This document shows positions 36,874 to 49,616 of a stretch of 64,000 bases of DNA, piece by piece. The notes beneath the pieces were generated by a model. That model was given only the letters and a program-made list of their open reading frames with translations, ran no database searches and was not told where the DNA came from. Every line of letters begins with the position of its first letter. Within the stretch, counting starts at the first letter, position 1. Position numbers and translations under genes: made by a program. Origin of the DNA: Phallusia mammillata (lineage: Eukaryota); the NCBI GenBank assembly GCA_965637545.1, contig OZ281496.1, forward strand, positions 15,066,001 to 15,130,000, given 5' to 3'.

Positions 36874-37623
36874 TTGGAGAAGCTGATCAGTTCGATTCAC
36901 ACAGTAAAGAAACCTCATAGATGTGATGTTTGTGAGAAAGTATTTGGGAGCTACGGAAACTTGAAGAGGCACATGTTAACTCACACCAAAGAGAAACCCT
37001 ATAGATGTGATGTTTGTGAGAAAGTATTTGGACTCTATGGAAATTTGAAGAGACATATGTTGACTCACACCAAAGAGAAATCTCAGCAATGTGTAGTTTG
37101 TGAGAAAAGATTTAGTTCGGCAGGTTATTTGAAGACACATTTATTGATCCACAGTAACGAAAGACGGCATGAATGCAACATTTGTAAAAAACGATTTAAT
37201 CGCCGCGAAAATTTAAAAACGCACATATTGACTCACACGCATGAGAAACGCCACCCATGTGATATATGTGAAAAGGCATTTATCACGGGCGGGTTGTTAA
37301 AAAAACACATGTTGACCCACACCAATGTCAAAGAGCATCATTGCGACCTTTGTAAGAATAGATTCAGGCGCAGTGGGGATTTGAAAAAACACATGGTGAC
37401 TCACACCAACGAAAAACACTATCGATGTAATGTCTGCGAGAAAAGATTTGGCTTGAGCGGAAATTTGAAAAGGCACATGTTGACACACACGAAAGAGAAA
37501 CTCCACCATTGTGAGGTTTGTGAGAATCGATTCTGTCGTAGAGATGCTTTAAAACGTCACATGCTGACTCACACCAAAGAAAACAACGGTAATGTGGTCA
37601 ATGTGGAAAAGGACAATAAGTAA
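36874..37623 (+). CDS. Intronless C2H2 zinc-finger array (8 fingers); 5' part probably frameshifted from an ATG near 36770
   Basis: Eight CxxC..HxxxH units with THTKEKP-type linkers. Confidence 0.8.
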   Translation: MEKLISSIHTVKKPHRCDVCEKVFGSYGNLKRHMLTHTKEKPYRCDVCEKVFGLYGNLKRHMLTHTKEKSQQCVVCEKRFSSAGYLKTHLLIHSNERRHECNICKKRFNRRENLKTHILTHTHEKRHPCDICEKAFITGGLLKKHMLTHTNVKEHHCDLCKNRFRRSGDLKKHMVTHTNEKHYRCNVCEKRFGLSGNLKRHMLTHTKEKLHHCEVCENRFCRRDALKRHMLTHTKENNGNVVNVEKDNK

Positions 37624-38199
37624 AAAAACATACTTTCATCCACTTATATGTTATAGTTAGTAATAAACTACTTGTGTTTTTTGCGGTATTATAATTTGAA
37701 GCATTACGTTCAATTAATTTTGGAGCCTTATTTGTATTGTTTTGTTTAATAGTAGTCCCTGCAATGAAAATATGTTGGTGGAGAGTGTCAAATTAGAACA
37801 TGTCCGGGCACATTTGCGAACAATCCAATGCGGCACAGTTGTGTTTTGTATTTCTCCTTGTTTACCGACTGTTGTTGCTGTTTTTCGTTTGGTTGTTAAA
37901 GTTAATGATGTTCTTGTTCATGTTTACTCGTCACCTGTTCATGTGGTTTTCTCCTTTTATGGTTAAATTTTGTGGAAAATTTCAAGAACCAAATTGCACA
38001 TCTAAATCTATTTTCCAAAAGGATACATTACAGTCAGAACATACGAAAACACCCGTGTAAAATAAAATAGACTATTGTGAAAATTGTACCTTTTCATTTA
38101 GATGATTACGTTAGGTTTGTAGGCTTATTGTGACGTTATTAACGATTAAGATAAAGTTGTTTGAATCTGTCAGTCAGTCAAATTTTATTTGCATAGTCA

Positions 38200-38630
38200 C
38201 TTCATCATCATCACAGTTCCATTGTTGAACGGATACGTAAACAGCAAGGACACCGAAAAAACCGTAGGTTATCGAGTCAAGTGTCCTGTTATTTGAATTG
38301 TGGTTGAATTCCGTTGTGGGTATGTTCTGCCGTGGGATCGCAACCGACCGCACGAGCCTGGCGGGGTACGTCCGGTTGAATAAGACGATAGTTGAACCCG
38401 CAGGTTCTGCTGGCCAAATGAAACCCGCCTAAACGGAAACACCAGCTCGGTTCCTCGGAACGTTTCCTGTGATCCTGTAGGCAGACCCGGGTGTCCCGAG
38501 GACAGTTCGTTGCGACGATGAGAATGTTGCCGTCGAGCATCTCCTCCTCTGCTTTTGTAAGATCGATGACGAGATCTCAGATGTTGTTCGCTGGGAAGGT
38601 GCTGCACTGTCTTCGACCCGGATGACCGAT
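38200..38630 (-). mobile_element. GC-rich fragment ending in a short (GAT)n tract; possible 3' end of a non-LTR element
   Basis: Sharp compositional contrast with the flanks and a catcatcatca tract at about 38203-38213. No diagnostic domain recognised. Confidence 0.3.
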
Positions 38631-38679
38631 CTGAAAAAAACTAAATCCTACGGCAGTATTTTGTTCTTTTGTATGTGAC

Positions 38680-41600
38680 TAAGTTAAGTTTTCCAGTTTA
38701 ATAATATAATAGTATAGAATAAAAATAAAATAAAAAGTAAAATCACACTAAGATAAAACTGAAACACACGCACACAAAAAAAACGGCATACGGCATATTG
38801 CAGATAGGGGTACGCAAAAGCGACGGCATATCGCCGCGACGGCATATTGCAGATAGGGGTACGCAAAAGAGTAGTAGATAATACGGAGAAACTGTTGTCC
38901 AAAGTAGTCACGCAGCTTGAACATAATACCGCAGGCTTGTGCTAGTTTTCGTTCCACATGGGCTATGTGTTTCTCCCATTTTAACTGATCGTCGATATAA
39001 ACTCCAAGGTATTTTGTTTCTGTTGATCGCTGTATTTGCTGCAATCCTATGGAAATCGAAAACTTCTGCGTGTTTGAGCGCTTGGATGGACAAAACAGTA
39101 AATACGTTGTTTTACTCGTATTAAGCGATAGTTTGTTGTGGCGCATCCAATTGTCAACATAAAAGAGTTCCTTGTTTACGTTTGCCTGTAGATCAGTCAG
39201 CGACTCTGATGACATGCTTAAACACGTGTCATCCGCAAAGAGTTTCGTTGTGAATTTAGATGCCGTTGGTAAATCGTTTATGTAAAGCGAGAAGAGTAAA
39301 GGAGCCAGTGACGAACCTTGAGGGCAGCCACGCGTAACGTTTAGCAGTTGTGATGTTACGTTTGATATGCGTGTGCATTGTTTACGGTGACTTAAGTAGC
39401 TACGGAACAGTTCTAAGGGGCTTCCCGTATTCAATACTGATGCTCTAACTTCCACAACAAAATCATGTGATCGACTGTGTCAAACGCTTTTGACAGGTCC
39501 AAGAAAATGGCACATGTGTATTGTTTTTGATCAAGCGCAGCTAACACTTTTTCATGGATGTCGTAAATTGCCAGGGAGGTGGACCGGTTGCATCGAAAAC
39601 CATACTGGTGAGTTGTTAACATTCCATTTTTTTTTCAACGTAGTCGTACAAACGTTGATACATAATTTTTTCAAATACCTTAGCAAAAGGGGTTAGCAAT
39701 GAAATTGGTCTGTAGTTAGTGCATTCAACTCATGAGCCTGATTTATGAATTGGTATTACTTCCGCAATTTTAAGTTCAGTGGGGTATTCCCCATGTTGTA
39801 TACACCCGTTGAAAGTCTCTGAGAGCATAGGTGAAATAATGCTTTTAACCATTTTGATGTATTTAATAGGAATTTCATAACTGGGCACAGATTTTTGACT
39901 ATCAAGAGTGGATATATACATTTCCACCTCATCTGGGGTAGTGTCATAGAAGAAGAAGGATGATGGCTTTATGATGGAGGAACTATCAGGTGGTGGCATA
40001 ACTGGCTGTGGAATGGATGATGCCATATTTGCTCCTATGTTAGCAAAGAACTGATTGAAATTGCTAGCAATTGAAACTGGGTCTTTAGTGCATTGTGATA
40101 TTCCATCTAGTTTGAGTTCTGCAGGAGCTTTGAGTAAAGTTTGTTTTCGTGACAACAAACTATTAATAATTTTCCACATTCCACCAATATCATTTCTGTG
40201 ATTTGTTAGTTCTTTTTCAATGTATTTATGTTTAGCTTCTCGCAGAATGTGGTTTAGCTTATTACGATACTGTTTATATTGATTATGTTTACTTGTACTT
40301 GAAAACCCTGACCTACATAAAGCATGATACATTTTATTTTTTACTTTGATTAATTTATAAATACTCTTGCTTATCCAAGGTTTCTTGGCCAATTTTCTTC
40401 TTCTTCTACTCACTGTGGTCAGTGGTGCATGGTGTTGCAGTATTTTGTTAAATACATGCTTAAATGAAGAAAATTGATGTAATATAGTTTCAGATAACAG
40501 TGGTATTTTCATAACAGCATCTTTTATATCAGAAATAAAATCTTCACTAATAAATTGGGTCTCATTTCTTCTCAGGAATTTTTCTGTTTTATCACAGCAA
40601 GTTGAATGCAATAACACAAAAGTTGGCAGGTGGTCAGAAATGTCTGCAGTCAGTATTCCTGATTTGCAGGTAATATTTACATTGTTGGTGTAAAAATGGT
40701 CAATAAGAGTTTGGCTGTGGTTTGTTAAACGTGTGGGTTGACATATTAAGGGTGATAGACCATAAATTTGCATAGAATCTAAAAAAATTTGAATGCTTTT
40801 AACTTCCTTGTATTGCATGAGATCTATGTTAAAGTCACCACATATATATACAGGATGGTTGGTATCACTGAGTTTATGCAATACTGATGATAGTGCATCC
40901 TGGAACACTTCAAATGAATGTTTGGGATGTCTGTATATTACTCCCAATATTACATTTTTTTGTTTCAGTTTAAGTTGCAACCAAAGACTTTCAGTATCTG
41001 GAGCAGTAAATTTAATATCAGATCTTATGCTATATAAAATGTGTGATTTTATATATACTCCTACTCCTCCTGCACTATGTGAAGTATCGATATGATGGAA
41101 ATTATATCCCATTAAATCAGTAGCAGTGATTATGCCATTCAGGGTTATTCTAGTCTCAGATATCATAACAATATCAGGGGATCTGACCATATCAGACAGG
41201 AATTGTTCTAAAGCAGGTTTGTTTTTTCTCAAACTTCGAATGTTTGTGTGCAATATATACATATCTTTGTTGCTAAGTTTCTTTAGGGCATGGTTCAAGG
41301 ATGCACAATCACAGTAACCTGAATGGGTGCGATCAATGCTGGCCAGTAAACAGGGTGAAAATGGTGATTTTACTGGTGAAATAGCATTTACTAGCTCTGA
41401 GTTACTGACATTGCTGAATGGTAAATAGGACAATAGGCATCGGGTACAAAAGTATGGGGTGTTATTGTGAAGATTACTTGCACATTTGTTGCATTTCATG
41501 TGGAAGAAAAGTGGTAAAAGTTTGTGGGTTTAAATACTACAAGTATTAACAAATCTTATGCCTCACCAAGTCTTTGTCACTGTGGATGGCAATGATGTTG

Positions 41601-42412
41601 CTGTTGTCATCCTTCTTCAGAAAAGTCGCTCCGTTCCTAGTCCAGATGTGATGGTACTGGTGCTCCCTCTTAAACCGGAGACAGTTGTTAAATCGCTCAC
41701 GGTTCTTCTTTGTCAGGCTCTCGTTGATGAAAATTTGGTTCCCAGGGGCTACGCCTTTGTTGGATTGTTTCAGCTTATACCTGTTGGAGTAAATGGAATC
41801 TCTCACTTTACGGCTCATAAATTTAGCAATGATTGCCGAACGGGGATGATCTTTAGAGACTCTCCTAAGTCGGTGAGAGATGCTAATGTCAGGCTTGGTG
41901 ATGGTGATCCCTAGCCTCTTCACAGCCGAGATTACTAATTCATCTGTGCACTCCGTTTCCGAATAGGGCAGGCCTTTGAACTCCAGGCATGGTCTTCGAC
42001 CATATTGCTCGAGATCATTTAAGTTCTCGGCATTGGAGATGGTTTGTGCTTGGAGGTCTTTAACAGCCTTTTTGAGTTCCTTATTTTCAGTTTTTAGAAG
42101 TTTCATCTCAGCCTCGTTGTTTACCAGCTGAGTCTGCTAGTTATCATATTGTTCCTGCAAGAAAGTTTGGCTCTTGCGGATCTCCCTGAGCTCATTGATT
42201 AGTTCTTTTAGGGTTGAGTCGGTGGAGATTTTACTCTCCCGAACCTCATCCCTCAGGGATTCTATCCTTTCAAGAACCACAGATTGTTCATCTTTCTTTT
42301 TCCTCAATTGAGACATTTTTCCAATAATCCTCAAGTTTTCACGAAATTTCACAGCAAATCAGATTTTTTATATTTAAATAATGTTACCTAAGCAACCTTA
42401 TTCAAATAGAAT
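38680..42412 (-). mobile_element. L2/CR1-type LINE with a complete 5' end that begins with the SL; degenerate
   Basis: ORF1 42316..41546 (coiled coil, LEQYGRRPCLEFKG, W-x-R-x-G; one in-frame TAG at 42137). ORF2 from 41499 with APE (HTNIRSL, ISET, GDFN, IDH, SDH) and RT (FLDLSKAFD, PQGS, FADDT). Stop, frameshifts and a C-terminal deletion with a ~40-bp duplication at 38785-38868. Confidence 0.9.
42397..42412 (-). other. Exact 16-nt spliced leader at the LINE 5' end
   Basis: Plus strand CTTATTCAAATAGAAT is the reverse complement of ATTCTATTTGAATAAG, 80 nt upstream of the ORF1 ATG. Confidence 0.92.
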
Positions 42413-43053
42413 CTTTTCAGGCACATAATCAATCTCAATTCTTATCAAGTGTTAAAACAACAGCATTCCTGTGCCCGCCAAGTCGTCATGGTTGTACTGC
42501 CCTGTGCTATAGTTTATGTCAAATGGGGCTGTCGAAAAACATTAAGGTGTGACACGCTACACATAATATACTATAAAATATATGGCAAGTTAACGAATGT
42601 ATTCTTTAGCAAGAACTTTCTGCAACGTGCAGTGAGGTTTAGGTAGTAAACGAACGTGTTGTCAAACAGCACACCTGACGTGTTGTCTACGCCTGCAGTT
42701 TCACGACACACCTGGTAGGTTGTTTGAACACGCGTGTTGTCTAGAGTTACACAGCACAATACGCCAAACACAGTGTTGTTTTCATTGCATAGTGCAAAAC
42801 GGAACAGTGCATAATAAATAGGAAAGAAAAGTTTGAACGAACAAAAAGAAAGGAACACTGAATATAAAAAAAAAATTTGCCACACAGTGAATTTTTGCAC
42901 ATTAGTTTTAAGTATTTGAAAAAAATCTTCATTGAGAACAATGTATGGATAGTTAGGCATGTTTCCAGGTTGGTCCTTTCAAGAAAATAGCCAATATTAC
43001 AACATGTTTAAACAAACATACAAATTGTAACAACTTTTTTGCTGTAAGTATCA

Positions 43054-43138
43054 CAAAATTTTAGGGTGGGGGGGCGTGAGCCAAAAGTTAAATAACCAAA
43101 TTTATTTAACTTTGGACTCACCTCCCCCTAAAATTTTG
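43054..43138. repeat. Imperfect palindrome with ~40-bp arms
   Basis: CAAAATTTTAGGGTGGGGGGCGTGAGCCAAAAGTTAAATAA versus the reverse complement of the right arm, CAAAATTTTAGGGGGAGGTGAGTCCAAAGTTAAATAA. Confidence 0.75.
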
Positions 43139-43279
43139 CAATTGTAGTGTATTGTTTGCGAGCACCACGTTTTCAAAAAAGGAACGAATATTATGATGCG
43201 ATACCTTATGGCGTAACACAAACTTTAAATAATGACATACAAGGCAAAGTTTTTGGTTTGTTAGTTTAGAACAGGGTTC

Positions 43280-46030
43280 ACCAAAATGGATTAAATACGT
43301 GAAGCATGGTCCCATATACGAAACTGCCAAACGTTTGGATGGAAAAACTGTCTTAATTACAGGTGTGTTATATTTTTTACACTTTTGTGTCAATATACAA
43401 GGTTTTTTCACCTTCCCCTTCGTTGTTTTCCCTTGTTTTTGCTGCTGCCAAAGCAGTAAATGCACAAAAATTAAGTAAATCGAAAGTTATTTGATTGGTT
43501 TATCCACAAAAGGGTATACAAATGTCAAGATTTGAAGGCTATTTAATGCTTGTCGTTTAGAATTAGAAATTAGGTAAGCATTCGATTTAATCGGTTACCT
43601 GGTTAATTTAGTATTTTTACAGAAACAAGAAATTCTAACTTTTTTCGTTTAAAATTACATATTGCAATCGATGTACTTGCATGTTTATAAGAGCGTCCTT
43701 GACAATTTTTTAATATGTTACCTGAACGTTGCAAAAGTATCAAAGCTCGAACTTTAGAGACCACTAAGCACGTTAATTGGTTACGTGTTACAGATAATAT
43801 GCATTTGCTTTTAAAGGTGGCAATTCTGGTGTAGGACTGCAATCGAATTTGCAAAACTTGGCGCAACAGTTGTCATAGCTTCCAGAGATGTTCTGAAATC
43901 AGAAAAAGCGAAAGATGAAATATGAAACAATCTGAAAATAAAAATGTCTGGTTAAAATACTTAAATTTAATGACATTTTTAAAAATACATGTATATGAAT
44001 TCTCAGATTTATGCAATGCAATTGGATCTTGAAAGTTTCAAATCAATACAGTCCTTTGTGCACGAGTTTGATAAGCAACATGAGCATCTTCATTATCTGA
44101 TTAACAATGCTGTTTTGTTAAGTTTTCTGCTTGTATAGTTTTTTGAAAATATTTGGTGCGCAAAAATACACATAAACTAGTTTTGTGACAAACCAGGTGC
44201 ATTTCCTGCTTAATGGTTGTAATGTTTTGTAGGAGCAATTGGCATCAAGGGTTTAACGGAAAGCGGTTATCACCGGGTCTTTGTTATCAATCACTTTGGC
44301 CCTTTTCTGCTGACTCATTTACTCATGAAGAAAATGAAAATGTCAGCCCTTGCATTACCAGTACGGATTGTAACCGGTTCTTCTTTCACGTACATGTAAG
44401 ATTTACGCACCTTTATTAGCATGGTAGAGCTACTAACACCGTAACGCAAATGACAACGAAAAGTCAATAGGTTATATCTCCAAAAATACTGACGGTTAGG
44501 GCTATTAGGGTCGGTGTAAGGTATTAGCATTTAAAATTCAATAAAACTAACGCAAAAAAATTAGATAGGCTACTTATGTGTTGGATTGGGAAATAAGTTT
44601 TTAAATGTTTTACATTAGTAACTAATTTTTTGGGTTAGTTTTATTGAATTTTAAATGCTAATACCTTACCCGGACCCTAATAGCCCTAACCGTGAGCATT
44701 TTTGGAGATATAACGTTTTAAATGTAAAAAAGTGCTCTTTGCGCCACCTATCGAAAATTAGGCACTTTTGGTTGTCATTTGAGTTACGGTGTTAGTAGCT
44801 CTACCTATTAGCATCCTCAAATGTCAATGATTTCATTTCGTTTCAAGTCGCATGGGATCGTATAAGTATTATCTTAAAAAATGATATCGGTGATTTAGGT
44901 TTAAATCAATTTGCAACGATAAATAATTTGTAGTAAGTTAAATAAAATGTTTTACCCCAGTTAAACTAAAAGCATCTTATTTATGTGCAGGTTTGGAAGT
45001 TTTGATTTTGATGGTATACGTGCTGAAGTTAATGAAAGTCTTGGTAAACTTCAACTTTACGCCAAAACGAAACTTGCTAATATTTACTTCACAAGGGAAC
45101 TAAACAAAAGACTACAAGGTTCAAATATCACTGCATACTCCGTGCATCCAGGTAATTGTCCAAGGTTGTGGAATCTTTGTCTTTAATCTTATTACCTCCA
45201 ACGAGCAAAACAACACTGGACAGTCCGTTTTCCTTTGTTGTTAGCTTTTCATAGCCCCGCAGATTTAGTTTGGCAAAACACCCTGCAACCGTCACAAATT
45301 TATCTGCAACATAGGCTTTGATCAACATATTTGTTTAATAAAAATTGTATGGGTCACTTTTTTTTCGTCTGTTGACAAAATAATTCCTGACGTGGGACTG
45401 AACGTCAATGGGACAAATTATTTTTTATTCACAGGCACTATCACAACGGACATATGGACTGCTGTCGCCTTACCACATGTTTTGAGAATACCTGGAAACT
45501 TTTTGATCGACTTCCTATTTTTACGGTATGTTTGTTTGATTGTATGTAATTGAAGCACAGGTCAGCATCCTTTCGCAAGTAGAGAACTAACCCATTTTCA
45601 CAGTTAACACCTAACCATAGAGGGTGCAATTATTGTGAAACCAATAGCGCTTAGAACACTTACCTTGTATGTGAGGCGAGGATTAACGATTGTGATGAAG
45701 CTAAAACATTATTAGCATTATGGAAATTATAACTTGGTTTCCTCAGAGTATATTCGTCACAATCGAGAGAAAGAGTTTGGACCGTAACTGATTTCAAAAG
45801 CACTCGTTTCATTCAAAACAATGTTTTAACGCAGAAATCCGATATATGCTCCCCAAACTATTCTATACTGCTCATTGGACGATGAAGTTACTCAAATGAG
45901 CGGAGAGTACTTTAAAGACTGTGCTCGCGAGGAACTGTGGGAGCTTGCGAAGGATGATGTTTTTTTTTAAAGATTATGGAACGAAAGTGTCGCGGTTACA
46001 AAAAAGTATCTGCTTGGAACTCAAGTGTAA
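43280..46030 (+). pseudogene. Unprocessed short-chain dehydrogenase (RDH11/12/13-like) pseudogene
   Basis: Exons near 43280-43361, 43817-43945, 44008-44110, 44232-44395, 44991-45151 and 45747-46030 encode LDGKTVLITG|GNSGVG, LINNA, INHFGPFLLT, YAKTK, YSVHPG and SGEYFKDC. Frameshifts, stops and a broken donor. Confidence 0.88.
44423..44805. mobile_element. Foldback MITE with a 9-bp TSD (MULE-type)
   Basis: TIRs GGTAGAGCTACTAACACCGTAAC / GTTACGGTGTTAGTAGCTCTACC, TSD TATTAGCAT. Lies in an intron of the SDR pseudogene. Confidence 0.88.
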
Positions 46031-47317
46031 TTGAAATGTCATTGACCACTTTGTTTGTCCAACGTATTCTTTGTAGCAAACTGGGTGTTGTTTCTTTGCG
46101 ATTTTAATTCTGTGTGTAATTTTTGTCTACCGTGCCCATTCTGCCTGATCTCGCTTGGAAACATTTGTTATTGTAATACAATAAACCCTATTGATTGTCG
46201 ATGGGCTTTTATATCAAAGTTACTTTGCAGTTGCAGTTTAAACAAAACTACAAACATTAACCTATCTCTTACAAGTCTGTGCCATTACCAATCATGCACT
46301 CGGTAAATATGGTTAAAACATGCGGTTTTACGACGCTGCTCAAGTTAATTGTTATTTTTATTATTTCTAGTCTGACCGAGCCAAACAAAGTGCTACATAG
46401 TATTGAGAATAAATTTACCTATATTGGTACAAAGCACTGAGGCACGTGATAATGCTTGAGGGTAGTCGGTTCACTGCTTATGTACGCGTAACAACCGTTC
46501 ATTCCGAATATATGAAAGTTTATTGTTTAATAAACAAACACAAAATCACATAGCACAGACTTTTGACTTAGTCACACTATTGCATCCCTTTCTTTGTCTG
46601 GTTAGGACGTTTGCTCCTCTTTTTCTAGTGCAAAATCAGTAAAAACTTGACGTCCACTTCGTTTCTTTCCAAGGTCTTTGTTATTCTGGGGAAAATGCGT
46701 TCAATTGGAAGCAAAAAATCATGTCAAATATAGCCCAATCCGCAATATCAAGCTATTGCACATTAACAGTGGTCACTTTGAATCACGTTTAGGCGGGGTT
46801 ACATTGGACACTAAACGCTGCTGTATAATGGATGCAAACCCGCATAATACGCCAGTTGAACGACAAATTTGTTAAACCTATAAGTTGATGACCAACGATA
46901 ACCCTATGTTGTGCGGTGGCCAAGCTAACAATAACTGTTTATTGAGCACTTAACAAGATTTTAAAAACTTGTTGCTTATCTTTTAACCTTTATGTTCATT
47001 TAATGTTTTGCCAGACTTATACAAAACCTAATTATCACTTACTAAGTTTATAACTCCACAAAACAATACTGCGTGAAACCCTAATAAATGGACACCGTAA
47101 ACACAAAACCAAAAATGAACATTGATTTTTAGTCACCAAAAAGACTGCCTAGTGAAATGAGTAAAGCATTTTGGGTGCCTGTTGGTGAATCACAGAGTCA
47201 TCTGTAGTCAAATTTTGGCAAGAAGAACTTCAGATAACGAATTAAAAGGGATTTCGTAACATATTTATACATCCAACACTTATTTTATAATTGGTCCAAT
47301 ATCACTATCTTTTATAG

Positions 47318-47800
47318 CAGGGTTTCCCAACTTTTTTGGCTGCTCATACCCCTTTGTCAGGTCAGAGCATTCTTCACACCCCCAAAAAAATTCTGATATA
47401 ATTTTTTTAGATATATATTGCGAAATTAAATTGATTTCATGGCTTAATTAAACAACAAACTGATATTTAAGACAAAAATCACAAAAAGATGTTACAGCAA
47501 GACTACATTTAATGTCTTCTTTATCTGTGTGTTTTCTTCCAAACTTTGTGCTTTGTTGTTTATTGCTGGCAGCAAGTAAAAAAGCATTGTTATGAGACAA
47601 TGAGGCTTCTTACCAAATCACAACAATTATTTGTAGATAATTGTTTTTTTTAAGCAAAGACTGTAATGGCATTATATCATTTACAATTCCAAAATAATAC
47701 TGTGCTGTGAAATCTACCGGTATTTGAAAAGCTGCTCTGTGGCACAAGGATCTTCGTACCCCTTGATATTCAATCTCGTACCCCCAGTTGGGAACCCCTG
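47318..47800. mobile_element. hAT MITE
   Basis: TIRs CAGGGTTTCCCAAC / GTTGGGAACCCCTG. TTTATAG duplicated on both sides. Confidence 0.85.
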
Positions 47801-47989
47801 TTTATAGCCTTGCAGAAACTCATGGGTCCCTCACACATGCAAACTTGTAAACAATGCATTTCATGAAATAAAAATTTACCGATTTTAGAGGTTACTGTAA
47901 AACTTAACAATAAACACATCAAAATGACTTGCAAACTGTCCAAATTTCACAAAATGCAATATGTAAAACGTTTACCCTTTTTAGCGTGC

Positions 47990-48706
47990 AAATGGGCTAA
48001 TTTTAGTACTTACATATCCTTCACTTCGAGGTACTTTGCTCTTTAATGCTGGAAATGATTTTATTATTGATTGTGCAAGATCTATTTTTAGATGTGTTGA
48101 AGGATATCTGCAACCAGACATGTATTAATGCTTGCAGATTACACAAACCAACAATGTCAATCATATATTGTCCCCAAAACATCATAAACAAGCTAATTAA
48201 TTGTTCCAAAAATAAAATGCACAAGATTACCCTCTAACAGTTGCTCATATTTAATACTGTTATCTTCAACTTGATTGTGATTGGTAGTACTGCTTTCCAT
48301 ACTATCCACAGTTACATCTGGAATGTCAGTTCGAATCAATTTGTGATATTTTTTTAGATGTGAGATATAATTGTCAAACCTTGTGAAACTTGAACAACAG
48401 CCCTGTTGGCAACATTTTATGCTGTGAAGTTTGTCATGGTGTCGGTTTCTTATATGCCTTGATAACCCCTTTACATCATGGGTATTAAATACACATTTAA
48501 AAGGACACACATACTGATATACGTCCATTATGAGTGCACACAGAACACTAGTGCCACTTAGCAGTTTTCTAGAAAATCCTATACAGAAAAACTAAATTTA
48601 TCTTACTTCTCATCACTTCCTCAATTGCAGTGTTGATTAAGTCTTTTTCCTTCAATAAATTCAACAGCCCCTCAATATCCATTGAAGAAACTTTCGACGC
48701 TTGCAT
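47990..48706 (-). mobile_element. Probable CACTA/EnSpm-like transposon 5' fragment
   Basis: Short exon MQASKVSSMDIEGLLNLLKEKDL.. ending in GTAAG (~48606-48706), followed by ORF 48193..48528 with two atypical C2H2 fingers (CPFKC..HIRNRH, CCQQGC..HLKKYH) like the N-termini of animal CACTA transposases. No TIR or catalytic domain seen. Confidence 0.4.
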
Positions 48707-49616
48707 TATTTGTTTAGTGCAACCAATTCAACAAAAACTTATTGATAATAATTATCACCTGTAACACTCACAAAATAAAGTGCTTCTTAACTTACACATT
48801 AAGTAGTATAATGGCGGCCAGATAAGAACGCATGCTGGGCAATGTGAAGCGAGGGGAGTCCGAGAGGTTGGAATGCATTGTTAGCCATAATTCAATTATG
48901 ATCTCACCAACTTTTTGGCCAATCCCAGCGTCATCCAATTTCTCTTTGACTCGCGCGCAAATTCAAAGTGGGGAAAAAGTTGATAGGCCATTTGTGTGCA
49001 TTTATTATTAATGGGTTGGGGATACTTTTCTACAAAACGGAGAAAAGTACCCGTCAGGCAGACATCGGTTGTTCAGTTTAAAATGAATTAGGCAACCCTT
49101 GTGCAGTGGTCCGGTGCAGAAATTACGGCCGATACTCTAGGCATTTGAGATATGTAGCACAAAGTGCAAACACGCCACTCTCGAAAATAATCTATCAGTT
49201 TCGCACCAGCCGGAGTCAAATCAAGTAAACCTGATAAGAAAGAGAGATAGTAAAATGTAATGCTGTGTTAGGCTCTGAAGTCATTTTGAAGTAACCTTTT
49301 TTCCTTTTCTGTATACATGGATAAAAGAAGATGTACGTTCATGAGTTGAGTGTCGTCGCAAACATGCTAAAATAATGATGGTGTTCTCGGTTTAAGTTGA
49401 ATTGAACAAATCTAAGTATATATTTCATTTACCTAACTGCTTTCGAGCAAATGCAGTTGCGATTTATATATATCTCTTTCTTAAACAAGTATAATGTATT
49501 TTTTACTCCTGTGTTCTACAGCATAGTATCAATACACGAAACGAATTTGTTGTAAATACACCTGATACAAGTCACGCTAAAAACTTTTACATACAAAGCA
49601 TGCAAACAGCGGTTCC

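Noticed and set aside
38376-38384. TTGAATAAG partial SL match (a similar one lies on the minus strand near 36594)
   Set aside because: Only 9 nt in an AT-rich genome and not at a TSD or element boundary, so expected by chance.
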